Of a stretch of DNA of 64,000 nt, positions 1-11,708 are shown piece by piece; the first letter of the stretch is position 1, and the number at the start of each line of letters is the position of its first letter. A program made the translations under genes and the position numbers. This DNA comes from Puccinia triticina (lineage: Eukaryota). The notes below the pieces were generated by a model. It did not search any database. It was not told the DNA's origin and saw nothing but the letters and a program-made list of their open reading frames with translations. The DNA lies in the NCBI GenBank assembly GCA_026914245.1, contig CP110439.1:3906001-3970000 (forward strand). Reading direction: 5' to 3'.

Positions 1-973
1 TTTATTGCTCCAAAGCAGAGCTCGATCGGGTTGAGCTCAGGGCAGTATGGTGGAAGGTAAATGATTCGGACACCGGCTGCATTGCAGAGATCTTTGACTC
101 TAGCCCCTCGATGGATCATTGCGTTGTCACAGACAAGCACCGAGTTGACACCTGGATATCGATTCATGCGAGGGAGCTGCAGGAGCTGATGTCAGCTGAA
201 GAGTTCCCAAAAGCTGCTTGACTGGGTACTCACCAAGTCGAATTCGAGGAAATGCTCAAATTTTTCTCCTTGGAACGTTTCGCTAGTCGTAGTGAGCGCA
301 ACCAACCCGTTGAGCGATATTGCTGGCAAGAGACTCCAACGTTCGGGGTTCTGGTTGATGATTAAGCGCTGAGCTGGGGTTCCTTGCTTTGACCTCGCAA
401 ACGATCGGAGCAGGTCTTTGTCACAGAAGGAGCTCTCATCTTGGATAGAAAAGAGCACACCTCTATTAGTCCGAGATTTCATGACACAAAGGAAAAAGAA
501 ACACACTCACCGGTGAAAACAAGAAAGTTGGCAGGAAAGAATTCCATTCGCTCGACGAATGCGAACTTCGCAACCAACGACTTCCTGGAGTTCACCGTTG
601 AGGGCTTCTTCAAGGTGATTGACAACCTGTTGACTAGGTTCTCGTGGATCGCTTGGATGCTAAGAAGTGTGCCGGTTGAGTCGAACAGTCGCTGTCGCAT
701 CTCTTCGAGGAACAACCCCGGTTCAGAACGAACCAACTCGACCATGAATCGACATTCCTCGCTTGAGAGTGTCGGAGGCCGTCCGCGAGTTATGTAAGAT
801 TCGGGACTGCAAACGATTGCCTTGGTTTCTCGGTAAAGCAGCATCCATCGCTGGAAGGACTGCCTGGAGATCGCCTTGCCGAGGGTTTGACAGATGTGCG
901 ATTTGGAAAACCCCTCGAGCGCCATTCGGACGGCCACAACCTTGATCGCTGGCGGATAGGGTACAAACACCAT
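1..973 (-). CDS. Tc1/IS630-mariner DD34E transposase; two introns (440-510, 177-233); 3' end runs off the window
   Basis: Exons 973-511, 439-234 and 176-<1 join via GT..AG into ...FTDESSF...VCDNAMIH...LPPYCPELNPIE, with 34 residues between the second D and the E. The N-terminus is HTH-like (RGRPP motif). Confidence 0.9.
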
Positions 974-1448
974 TATGGGGAAGGAGCTGGGTCGGGTTGG
1001 GCGTGGTTATCGAGAATGAGGAGAGGGAGAGGGCAGGAAGGATTGCCGGGATAGGGGGTGGGGCAGAAAACCAAAACAAAACTCGTGCTGTGCTTTGCTG
1101 TACACTCCAAACCCATAACTTTAGCCGGATGAAAAACTCGAACGGTCCAAGCTTAAGCAGAATCATAATATGTAGCCCGCGGTGCAGCATGTGAGTGGGG
1201 TGCGAGGTGCGGCCCAAGAGGGCCGAGTGCCGGGTTGGAGCAGACTTGCCACAAGTGGAGGCCGGCGGCACGCGGGGGCAGGGGCTTTGGAAGGGAATGG
1301 TCCCGCGGCAGGAAGTCTGACGTGTGCAGCAAGTACTTGCTTGTTTTTCAGCCCAAAAACCTGGCACCCGCACCCGCACCCGGCACGCGTGGGCGATACT
1401 TGTTGGCAAGTACTTGCCCACGGGTGCCGAGTACTTGCTGTTAGAGTG
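1..1448 (-). mobile_element. Tc1/mariner DNA transposon, upstream end near 1448 followed by TA
   Basis: Transposase plus a terminal region with repeated AAGTACTTG/GCACCCG motifs ending ...TTAGAGTG|TA. The other end lies outside the window, so the TIR cannot be confirmed. Confidence 0.6.
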
Positions 1449-1589
1449 TAGGGGTGACACGTTTGTGATATGTTCAGATCTTAGCTTGTACCAGTCAGCT
1501 ATACATGCGCCGCAGTTAGTTAGTCATACGCCGCAGCACCTTGTACATAGTTTATCTACCACCGCGCGAGGTACCGGTTTCTCTTCCTC

Positions 1590-1733
1590 ACCGATTTGGG
1601 AAACCGGGACCGGACGCAGCGGTAGCTAACCGCCAGACACGGGACATCTGCAGGTTAGTGTGGCAACTTACCGATTTGGGAAACCGGGACCGGACGCAGC
1701 GGTAGCTAACCGCCAGACACGGGACATCTGCAG
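1590..1733. repeat. ~64-bp direct repeat, two copies (1590-1653, 1670-1733)
   Basis: ACCGATTTGGGAAACCGGGACCGGACGCAGC...GACATCTGCAG occurs twice. Confidence 0.9.
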
Positions 1734-1768
1734 TGTTGCCCGTTTGCTTCTTCACACTTGCAAAGGAG

Positions 1769-1921
1769 TACTGGAGGACTTCCCACCGATCTGGAAACCC
1801 AGATTTTCCCAGATTTCGCAGGGAAATCTAGGCAGATCTAGGATTTGGGACGATTGAGCCCAGATTTCCCCGCAAAATCTGAAAAAATCTGAGCTCCCAG
1901 ATTGACGGGAAGTCCTCCACT
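1769..1921. mobile_element. MITE with TGGAGGACTTCCC terminal inverted repeats
   Basis: TGGAGGACTTCCC ... GGGAAGTCCTCCA with AGATTT/AAATCT-rich interior. Relatives lie at ~43663, ~51609, ~54800 and ~56030. Confidence 0.7.
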
Positions 1922-2225
1922 TGGTGCAATCTTTAGTTGGTGTTTTCACCAGAAAATTCCAGGAACCCTACTGGAACTTAGAAGGCAATGGAAAATATTT
2001 TTGGATTCCTAACACACTTATGAATTGCTTCTGCTTGCAATTTGGAATGGTTACGGGCCTTCCCAGGCTTTGGGAAGCTCAATACAAGGTATCAGCAAGT
2101 TAGGTAGACAAAAGGGGCATTGAACATGCAAAATCTTGCTGATCCACCCCACTGGAGCTCCTTGGCAACTGCACTAGACACACTATAATGTGTTGGCCTT
2201 TTTTTATTCATATGACCCTGCTTCT

Positions 2226-2455
2226 AGAGATGCAATATTGGTACCCGCAGCGGGTACTCATCAGGGTGGCAGGTACCGCCGCCGTGGGTGCTAAAGATGG
2301 CCCCTTGCACCCGGGTACCGGCCAATGAGTCCGAGTACCTGCGTTAAAATACCCAGATCTTGGGCACCCGCACCTGCACCCGGCACCCGCCAGGGAAGAA
2401 GGGGCAAGTAACTGGGTACTTGCAGCGGGTACTCGCGGGTATGTGCAACTTTTTT
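2226..2455. repeat. GGTACCCG/GCACCCG-rich TIR-transposon end or MITE relic
   Basis: Same motif set as 1320-1440, 15017-15300, 16985-17110 and 60505-60655. Confidence 0.45.
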
Positions 2456-2877
2456 TGCCGAAAAAGCCACTGAAATGATTCATTTCACCGCTAGCTCATG
2501 TATTTATGTGGACCTACTTCCGCTTGTACATCATAGTCTCCCCGCTTTATCCTTTCCCTTCATCTTTGCTTCGTTCTTCTTGTCAAGTTTCCATTTATGC
2601 AACACCCCAGGTTCAATCTTACCGTTTTTTGAGTAAAACACCACAGCATGCCTTGACGGTCGGGGGTTTTCTCATTGGCATTGTCATCAGACTTGGAGTC
2701 GTTGATGGTGATACGATTTTGTTTCTTATTTGCGGGGGTACAACTGGCGACTGAGGAGGTGGGTGATTGAGCTGCTTTGCAGCGCTTCTTGCTTTTCTGT
2801 TTAGGTGCCATTGATGGTTGAGGCTGAGGGAGGGCCAGTCCCATTGAGCTGGGGGCAACATGGCATATGGTATGCCA

Positions 2878-3448
2878 TCTACATATAACTAAAGAAATGG
2901 CCTCTGGGGGCCAAACAAACCAGTACAAATATCTTTCATGCAAGTAACGCCTGTGTTGGTATGCAAGTAACGCCGGCGTCAATACATTTTTGTATTAACC
3001 GCGTCCGTTCAATGCAGAGTCCGTTCCCTCTGAATTGACTCTGCTTGAACGGACTCCTGGTGCAACTCTACCTGAACAGATTTAGTAAGAGAGTTTGCTC
3101 TTCTGCTAGAACAGACCAGCAACTCCATTAAAGCAGAATCAAGAGTCATGATGTCAAGTCTGTTCAAGCAGACTCATCGAGCGGAATTGGTGATCAAATT
3201 TCACCAAGTCTGCTCAACCATATTGCTTGAATGGACTCTTATCACACATCAATAATCAAGCCCGTTCAAGCAGATTGCTCAAACGGACTCTCACAGACTC
3301 TCACAGACACCATTTCCATTCAAGCAATGTTAAACTGATAATTGATCTGCATGAATTTGGCAATCATAACACCTACATAATTCCCCTCAGCATATATGCT
3401 CAACAATCCCATCATCATCAACTTTCACCCTCTCTTCATTCTGAACAA
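2878..3448 (+). mobile_element. Helitron 5' terminal fragment (copy A)
   Basis: Starts A|TCTACATATAACTAAAG. It is the inverted homologue of 11709-12207 plus 5945-6019. Confidence 0.7.
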
Positions 3449-3849
3449 TCTACATATCTACATACAAGGGGAAGCCCCCAAATTTGGGGCTCCAGGGGGT
3501 GTTAAAGTCATAGGGGTTTGTAAATCACAGCAAGGGAATAGCCCCCAAATTTGGGGTTACAGGGGGTGTGAAAGTCACAGGATGTGAAAGGCCCAAAAGG
3601 GAATGGGACAGAGCAAAGGAAATGACATAAAATTTTCATACCTTTGATGATGCAATTTCAGGGTGACTATGCATTCAGTCAAAGGAGAAACCAAATTTCA
3701 ACTGAAAAATAGGTCAAAAAACAACATTTCAAGTGAAAACTGGGTGAAATAAGGGCATTTTATTTTGGGAAAAGACACAAAATTTGTTATTGAAAAAGTA
3801 AATATCTGGAAAAATGGTGATGAGAGATATCTACTCAAAAACTCTGAAA

Positions 3850-4760
3850 ATGTGAGAGAAATTCCGTGTAAACAATTTTTGAAGTTTATTATGAAGGCTG
3901 GCCACTTTCAGGCTGTGGAAACACTACCTTAGTAGTTTGGCTTGACTTGCTTCTTGAAAATGCAAAACACAGGTTCATGAAGTACAATACCAAAATTACC
4001 AATTTTTTGACCTTGAGATTTATTGATTGTGAGGGAGGAGGCCGGATTGACAGGAAATTTCTTGTGTATGAGCTTGGAAGGCAGTCCAGACAGCTCCAGA
4101 CTTATCTGGGTCAGATGTGAAAGGAATGTGACTCTGAGGGATGGGCACAGAATCATTAACTCTGTTACCTGATACAACTCTTGTGTAAATCACATTTGGG
4201 CCCAACCTGGTTCCATTACAAAGTCCCATTGTCCAATCAAGGTTCCTGAGCATTATTATTAAGCAATTTGGTCACCTGTTGGGAGTTTGTAAACTCTTTG
4301 ATCCACATTTGTAGCATTATCAGTAAGCCTTATTGAGTGATTTGGATTTATTTCAGATGGAACAAATTCAAACTGTTGCATGAGAGGATATTAATGGTGA
4401 AGGATTGTTTAGATTCTTTGCATAAGTCCTGGAAGTAGATCTTGACCATGAACTCTGTGGTTTTCAAACTCATTTTCTGTGTCATATAAGTCCAGCTGTA
4501 AGAATTTGGGGAATTCCTGTGAAAGTGGAAGCAAACTTCCAATGTTATGGTGAATTGTACCCTTCACCTTGAATGTATGGATACCTTCACCTTGATTGTT
4601 GAGTGCATCTCTGGTTGAGGCATTGACTCCAAGAGATGTAAATGTGAAGTTGCTATTTATCAAGCGGATGAATAGAATGAGTTGATTTCCCTCAGGTATA
4701 TTGGGTTGATATATAATTTTGAAGATCTGAAGCAATTCAGGGGGTGGGGGTGGTTTTTAT
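3850..4760 (-). pseudogene. Helitron RepHel (PIF1-like helicase) remnants
   Basis: ORFs 4409-4735, 4020-4253 and 3929-4177 carry PIF1/Helitron motifs in broken frames. Confidence 0.85.
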
Positions 4761-6019
4761 GAAGTGATCATGCCTTGGGGGCAGCAAAGTTAGGTTGTTT
4801 ATCCTGTGAAGATTATGGCTTGACACTTCACACAACATCTCACTGCCCTCAAAGTTTCTGGCCTGAACCCAGGAGGCTCAGTCCAACACCATGCATTTGG
4901 TCTGTTTACATGATTCTTGGAATATTTCCGAAGGAATGGTTACCTGTGAAATCATGTTCAACCAAATTTCCAGCAGGAGGATCATTTAAAAATCCTGCTC
5001 TTGAGATAAACTTGAATCAATTTGTTCCTGAATAAGGCCCAAATCAATTTCAGGCGGGTCATTCCAGTTTGCGGGTATTTGCACAGGGGATAGATTTGAA
5101 GAATATTCATAAGTTTGAAATGGACTCTGCATATTTCTTGGTGAAGCACTGTGAGGCCGCGGCCCGCGAGCTCACTGAATCTATCACAAGAGTGTCACCG
5201 ACCGGGATCTGGCCGCCTACTTAGATCCCATCGCCCCGCACCCACCTAGCTCAGTAAGGAAGGACTGACCTTCCTCTGAGCTAGGTAAGCATTCCCCTCT
5301 CCTTCTCTCCCATTGTTCTCCTCTTCCCTTCTTCTCCTCTTTTCTCTTCTTCTCCCAATTGTATGTAGTAAGGAAGGACTGACCTTCCTCTGGGCTAGTT
5401 CTTTGAAATACATATTGCACAGTGGTTCCAGAATCTCTACAAGGGTCCCTCCTTGCCCTTTTGTCCTGAACCACTGGTTCCTCTTCGCTCAGTGAAGCTC
5501 CCCTCATCGGGAGCTTACAAGCACTCTGGGAGTTGAGCAAGTTAAAAATAGACAACCTGGAGGTGTGGTTGCCATGATTGCTATTTCCATGCTGGGATGG
5601 AGATTTGTGTGAGCTATGTTCAGATTGGTTTTGTGGTTGAGGATTGAAATTGTAAGAAGATTCATGATTTAGATGATACTGTGTTTAGATTGGTTTTGTG
5701 TTTGACAATTGAAATTGTCAGGAGATTCATGATTTTGATGATACTGTGTATGCGGGGGTCTTTTTTCAATGTTGATGGAAATTTGGGGATGAAGCCACTC
5801 ATGATTTGGATTATTTGATTGTTGAGTATGAGTAAAATCTTGAGGCTGATAAATAGAATGTTGGTGCTCCTGCCACAGAGAAAAAGAACATGGGAATGTG
5901 AATATTGCTGGTAATGATGGGAGGGCGAGAATTGATGATAATGGGATTGTTGAGAATGAAGAGAGTGTGAAATTTGATGATGATGGGATTGTCAAGCATA
6001 TATGATGAGAGGAATTATG

Positions 6020-6152
6020 TATTCAGGTATGACCGGCTAACTAACTGTATATTCCACGTAGTGCGCTCCTCAACCCAGGATTGTCCCGGATGAGGAGTAC
6101 TGGTCGTGCTGCGGCAAGTCAAGGAGATGCATGTGACATCTGTGTCACAACA
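6020..6152 (-). repeat. Copia 3' LTR
   Basis: Differs from 11576-11708 at four positions. Adjoins the polypurine tract at 6153-6165. Confidence 0.95.
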
Positions 6153-6249
6153 CCCCCCCTCTCGCCGTAGACGCCACTGTACATACAATCTTAAAAAAAA
6201 CTGAAGGAAAATGAGTAGAAAAAAAATAAAACAATCAACCCGCTCCCAA

Positions 6250-9200
6250 GACTGAATTCCTCAATCTCTCAAAAGTTTCCGGTCCTAGACTCTTCGTGAA
6301 AATGTCAGCAATTTGTTCTTTGGTACCTACCCAGTGCAATTACGTTTTCTTTTGAAATAACGCTTCATTTGTGATGTAGAAGTATCGATCTGTATGTCTG
6401 GTTCTTTTGTTAGACGCATCATCAGTGGATACCTTGATAGCCGATTGGTTATCGCAGTGGAGATGCCCCACAAAATCAGCTTTAAGCACATCCCGCAAAA
6501 GATGTCTCACCCATAAAGTTTGGCGTGTAGCCACTCCCAAAGCCATATATTCCGCGTGGCAAGTCGACGAGGCCACCGCTTGTTGACGCCGCGCCACCCA
6601 CAATATCGGACAGTTAAGAAAGGAGATGAACACACCATATGCAGATCTACCGAATTCCCCACCCCAAGATGTGTCACAAAAGGTCTTGAGGGGCATGTTG
6701 TCCATAACTGGAAAAACTGCACAGTTGTTTATCCGCTGTACCGGCGATGTACCCAATTAAGTGCTTCAAACCCTTCCAGTGCGCCACACCAGGCTTTGCC
6801 GCAAAACGCGCTAGATAGTTAACAGCAAAACAGATATCTGGTCTTGTCCCAACCGCGAGATAACTGAGTGTTCCAATCACGGACAGATACTTTCCTGCCT
6901 GTGAAGGATCACCCTCTGGGTCTGTTACACCATTATATCCTGGCGGCAGTGGTGTCCTCGAAACAGTCGACTTGTCCCATTCATTAGCCAGAAGTTCTTT
7001 CACTAGGTGTTTCTGACATAGGGTAAAACCGTTCCCATTACGCTGTACATTCAGCCCAACTATAGCATCCAATTTGGAACTCCATTTGACCTTGAGAATA
7101 TCACTGAGATCGGATTCCAGCTTTCGCAGAAGATCTTCGCTTGACGCAGTGACCACTCCATCATCAACGTGCAACCAAATCACGCCATGCATTGTTGGAT
7201 GGCGCAAAATATACAGGGAGTTATCGTATTGCGAGGGAACATATCCAAGATTGTCCAGTACTTGTTTCAGATGCAGCCACCAGCAACGCGCGGCTTGCCG
7301 CGTTCCGTAAAGCGCTTTCTTCAGAAGCAAAGCATGTCCCGGCGGTACCACCATTCCTTCTGGAGGTTCTATCCAGACCTCCTTGTCAATAGGAGAGTTG
7401 AGATAGGCGGCGACAAAATCAAAACTGTGGACAGCCCAGTTGTGTGCTGCCGCGACAGTCAACAACAAACGTAGCGACACAAAAGTCGCCGTAGGTGCAA
7501 AAGTTTCAAGGAAATCAGTCCCTGCCACTTGCGTAAAACCTTTGGCAACAAAACGCGCTTTGAAGCGCATTCCTGATCCGTCTACATCTGGTTTCACCGC
7601 AAAAACCCAACGGCCGTTTAAAACTTTTTTGTTGCGAGGTCGCAGCCCCACCAGCCAGACTTTCATCTGCTCCAGATTGCTCAGTTCGACTGCAATTGCC
7701 TTGGACCACGCATCCTTCTCAGGAGACTTCATGGCTTGTTTGAAAGTCGCAGGTACAGAGATTGAATAGAATTGGCAGAGTTCAATTATTTTCTCAACAA
7801 TCAGTTCCTGATTGTGAAACTCGTACTCTCGAGAGAAATCTCCCAACTCTACTAAGTTCATCACAAAATCAACGGATAGTTTCTTCGACGCTTCCAGAAT
7901 AACTTGTCCGGTGGTTGGAACATCAATGAAGTGAGTCTGTCCCTCATCTACAAAGCGTGCCATGGCAGATGATATAAACTTCTTCTCCTCCGGCAGCCAA
8001 AATAACCATCCTTTGCTGGAATCAAGATGGCCAATGACCTGTCCACGTAGGGCTCTCGCGTCGAGCTTCCGTCGCTTTTCCGGCGGCACATGAATGTAGG
8101 CATAGCTGCCAAACGCACGAAATGAATCAAACTGTGGCTTAACACCAAACAATGCTTCAAATGGTGTTCTTTTTCCGCTAGAATTGTTTGGGATTCTATT
8201 TAGTATGTGAGCAGCCCACAGGAACGCATAATTCCAGAAGTTGCGTGGTAGATTGCTGTCCGCCAGAACCGTGCGACTCATCGCTTGTATTGTCCTGTTG
8301 AAACGTTCTATCATGCCATTTTGATAATGGTGATAAGGTAACGCTCTTTCAGTATGGATACCTTTCAATGTGAGGAATTCCTCTAACTTTTTGTTGGCAA
8401 ATTCTCCGCCATTGTCGCTCCGCAAAACTTTCACCCGGAGGTTTGTAGTGCGTTCCAGTCAAGTGATGATGTCTATGATAGCCAAGTTGGCATCTGATTT
8501 GGCTTTCAGGATTTTCACAAAGTTGTAGCCTGTGGCTACATCACGCATTGTGAGGATATAATTGCCTCCATCTACTGCAGTAATTTCAAAAGGGCCAATA
8601 AGGTCGGCAGCCCAAATCTCCATTCTTTCAGCTTTGCGGTCCCCGGGGCCCAGCGGATTAATTTTTGTCGACTTGCTGATCATACATGTAGGGCAGTGAA
8701 TAGATCCAGCCGGTAACTCCTTGGGCAGTCCCAGCCCCACATTCTCTTTGATCAGTCTGCGAATCACCCGCAGACTTGCGTGACCAAAAACTCGATGCCA
8801 GAAAAACAGTCGTTTTTCGTTGTTCGTCAGAGACCGCTGACTAAAAACACGATCTGGAACTTGAGGGACGGGTTCCTTAAAAAGAGCAGCACCAGCCTCT
8901 TTTGTTTTCGCCGCCTGGAAGGATAAGTCCTCCATATTCGGCCCAAGTTCGTTAGAAGAGAAACTTGAATTTCGAGCAGTAGAGTTAGAGAAAGAAACCT
9001 TGACGCTTGATTGAGATGGTGACGTAAAAAGAGAAATGTCGTCCAAAGGAACGGATCGAGAGAAAAAGGAAGAATTGGTTTGGCAATAAGAGACAGGATG
9101 ATCGGAGAAAGAGACTCCGTTTTTAGAGAGAATAGGAGAAATAGAACAAGCAGAGGAATAAAACAAGGAAACATCGCCCGCTGCCCCGCCACCCTTGTCA

Positions 9201-11099
9201 TCACTTCGAACCATACAAAGAGGCATGCACCAACGGTTGCGCTTTCGCTCCATCACACAAGAAAACGCGAATGTGCCGCCCTTTGAGTAAACATCAAACG
9301 CATCCCTGGCGTTATCATAAAACACCATCGTGTCAGCTTTGCGCAGGGCAGCCATAGATATCAGCGTAGAGCGAGCGTCCTCACAGAAAAGGACCCCACG
9401 GAGCACGATCACCCGTCCATTTGGTTCGCGGAAGTGGAGTTCTCCCATACCCGTGATGAAAGACCGGTTGGCGGCGGTAGCTACCGATAACGGCATGGGC
9501 TTAGACAATGTTTTGAAGTTGTGAAGAAAGTGGCGCATCCCAGTGAAATGATGGGATGCACCAGTATCAAAGATGGCAGGATTACTCACCACGTCCTCAC
9601 CCAACGACATGTTCTTAAAGTCCAATTGTTCGAGATCATCTGGCACGTCACCGATCTCCAGAAGTTGAGCAGATGCCCCTCCCCCACCGCTCGAGACGCT
9701 TGTCGGATTTCCCGCGGCTGAAGTCGAGGATTGACGGTTGGAGGCATTGGCATACCTAGGCCAATAGAGATCGGCTAGTCGTTTAGCTTGAACTTGAAAC
9801 TGGGACATGGGGGGAGGGGCTCAAGAGTCGGAATTTCCGGGCACGGTTTGTTGAGGCGGCTGAGTGTAGAGAGAGCCCACAAACGTGGCTTGCGTGCGCT
9901 GTGTCGGGAGGGGGAAAAGGCGAGACTCCCGGACCTCGCAGTCGTTTGTTGATCTGATTTGACTTCGCTCGTTGCGGACAGTCGCGAAGATAGTGGTCTG
10001 CAGCCCCACACTGCCAACAGCGGTGTGCTGTTGCAGCGTAAAAATCTAACGCATCAGGCCAATTCTCTTCTGGCACGTCCGCCAGAAAAGCCTCGAAATC
10101 GAAGTCATTTGCTTCGTTTGCCGCTAAAAGGACCGAAGGCGCCGCCACAGAGGTGAGAGATGTTTCAGACAAGGTGGATTCTTCGTGCTGTTTCTTGCAG
10201 ACGTCAAAAGTATTGACAAGGGTGTCGAACTTTGGGACGCTCTTCGACTCATCGTTTTGCATGGCGTTCTCGATGTGTTGTTCGAAATCTTTCTTGAAAG
10301 GAACCGAGGAACGCATCACGGCTCTTTGAAAGATGAAACCAAAAAAAGCGTCTGAGTGAATCCGCACATTGAGATTGTTCCATTCAGTGTACAGGTTCCT
10401 CATCGCCGATGACATCCCAACACCATCCGAGTCGTCGACCAAAAAGTTGAGGAACCTGTTCCAAACGTTGTACTGCGCCGCACGAGATACCACCGAGAAC
10501 TTCTTCTTCAGGTAAGACAGCATCTCAAGAGTTGACTTCAGCCGTTGTAGATCAGGAACCAATGATTGGTGCACGCCGTCCAAAACAACCATTCGCGCAA
10601 TCTTTTCGAAGACGAGGTTCTTGATTGGTTTGAAGAAGAAATCCCCACTCGACATGTGCGCATTTCCGATTTCTTGCAATTGGTGAAGCCATTGCGCCAT
10701 GTTGTTTCCGTTGGCCGCCAGACGTTTGTCGTCGTTCCATCGGTCGTTGATAAGCTTCGCTGTTTGACTGACCAGCCTTGCTTGTTCAAGTTGGAGCTTG
10801 GCCGCGAGAAAGTCTTGCTGTGCTCGGCTCAAATCGTTCCCATTCCCCGGAAGTGGTTGATTGGTTGCACCGGCCGTCTGCGCTTGGCCCAGGTGAGGGG
10901 CCGCATTCCTACCCACATTGATTCCCGAGCCAGGAGTCGGTGGCCCCAAAGGTGGTCGAGTTCCCGATGTCGAGCCCCAAATTGTCTCGTCCGCTCCTCT
11001 GTTTCCAGATGTGGAACCAGCAACCGAGTCGAAAAGATTGCTCATCCTAAGGCCGCCGTTGGGAACAAAATCGTCCAAGTCGTGGTCGGATGCAGACAT
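6250..11099 (-). pseudogene. Copia gag-pol with frameshifts and a premature stop
   Basis: CCHC knuckle CWQCGAADHYLRDC, protease FDTGAS, integrase WHRVFGH..CPTC and LRSDNGGEF, RT KARFVAKGF/LHVDD, RNase H CDNQSAI. Breaks near 9800, 8459 (TGA), 6700 and 6340. Confidence 0.93.
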
Positions 11100-11564
11100 A
11101 CTCGCGGGTCAAAAGAGAAAAGAAGAAAAATAGGACGGAATCCGGAGGGTAAGTCGAGATCAGGAAGAAAAGAGCCACTCACCGCAACGCCGTAAGGTGC
11201 TCAGAGTATAAGAGAGAAGGAAAAAATAGAAGAGGGAGTAGAACGGCAAAACAAGCTTCACTTTTCTGCACAGGTTAGTGGGGCCACCACACCCTAATCA
11301 GCAGGATGGCTAATCCGCTTAGCGTAATTGGTTAGGCCGATCGTACCGTTCAGAGAGTAGGAAGGGGAAAAACGAGGTCTACTTATCCCAGAGCACCTCA
11401 CAGCGTTACGGCAAAGTAACGCAGATCCTCCCGATGGCGGTCGATTACGCTCTAGTCTGAGCTACCGGTCAAGAAGATATAGCCGTCAGGTCGAATTGGC
11501 AGCCTGTGAGGTGAATCAAAGGAGATTGGAAGATTGTAGATCGTGCCTTAAGTTCGAGATAAAA

Positions 11565-11575
11565 GGCTCATAACC
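11565..11575 (-). promoter_or_regulatory. Primer-binding site GGTTATGAGCC (internal half-tRNA-iMet type)
   Basis: Abuts the 5' LTR. Resembles the internal tRNA-iMet PBS of Ty5/Drosophila copia-type elements. Confidence 0.7.
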
Positions 11576-11708
11576 TATTCAGGTATGACCGGCTAACTAA
11601 CTGTATATTCCACGTAGTGCGCTCCTCAACCCGGGATTGTCCCGGATGAGGAGTACTGGTTGTGCTGCGGCGAGTCGAGGAGATGCATGTGACATCTGTG
11701 TCACAACA
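11576..11708 (-). repeat. Copia 5' LTR
   Basis: Reads TGTTGTGACA...CCTGAATA on the minus strand, immediately followed by the PBS. Confidence 0.95.

Larger units (their letters stand above)
6020..11708 (-). mobile_element. Full-length Ty1/Copia LTR retrotransposon with TTATG target-site duplication
   Basis: 133-bp LTRs at 6020-6152 and 11576-11708. TTATG at 6015-6019 and 11709-11713. PBS GGTTATGAGCC, G-rich PPT, and gag-PR-IN-RT-RH order. Confidence 0.97.

Noticed and set aside
1464..1756. TGTGA...TCACA solo-LTR candidate
   Set aside because: Flanks (ACGTT vs CTTGC) give no TSD.
10566..11195. 209-aa plus-strand ORF and other antisense ORFs over the Copia and DIRS-like regions
   Set aside because: Shadow ORFs of GC-rich coding sequence on the opposite strand.
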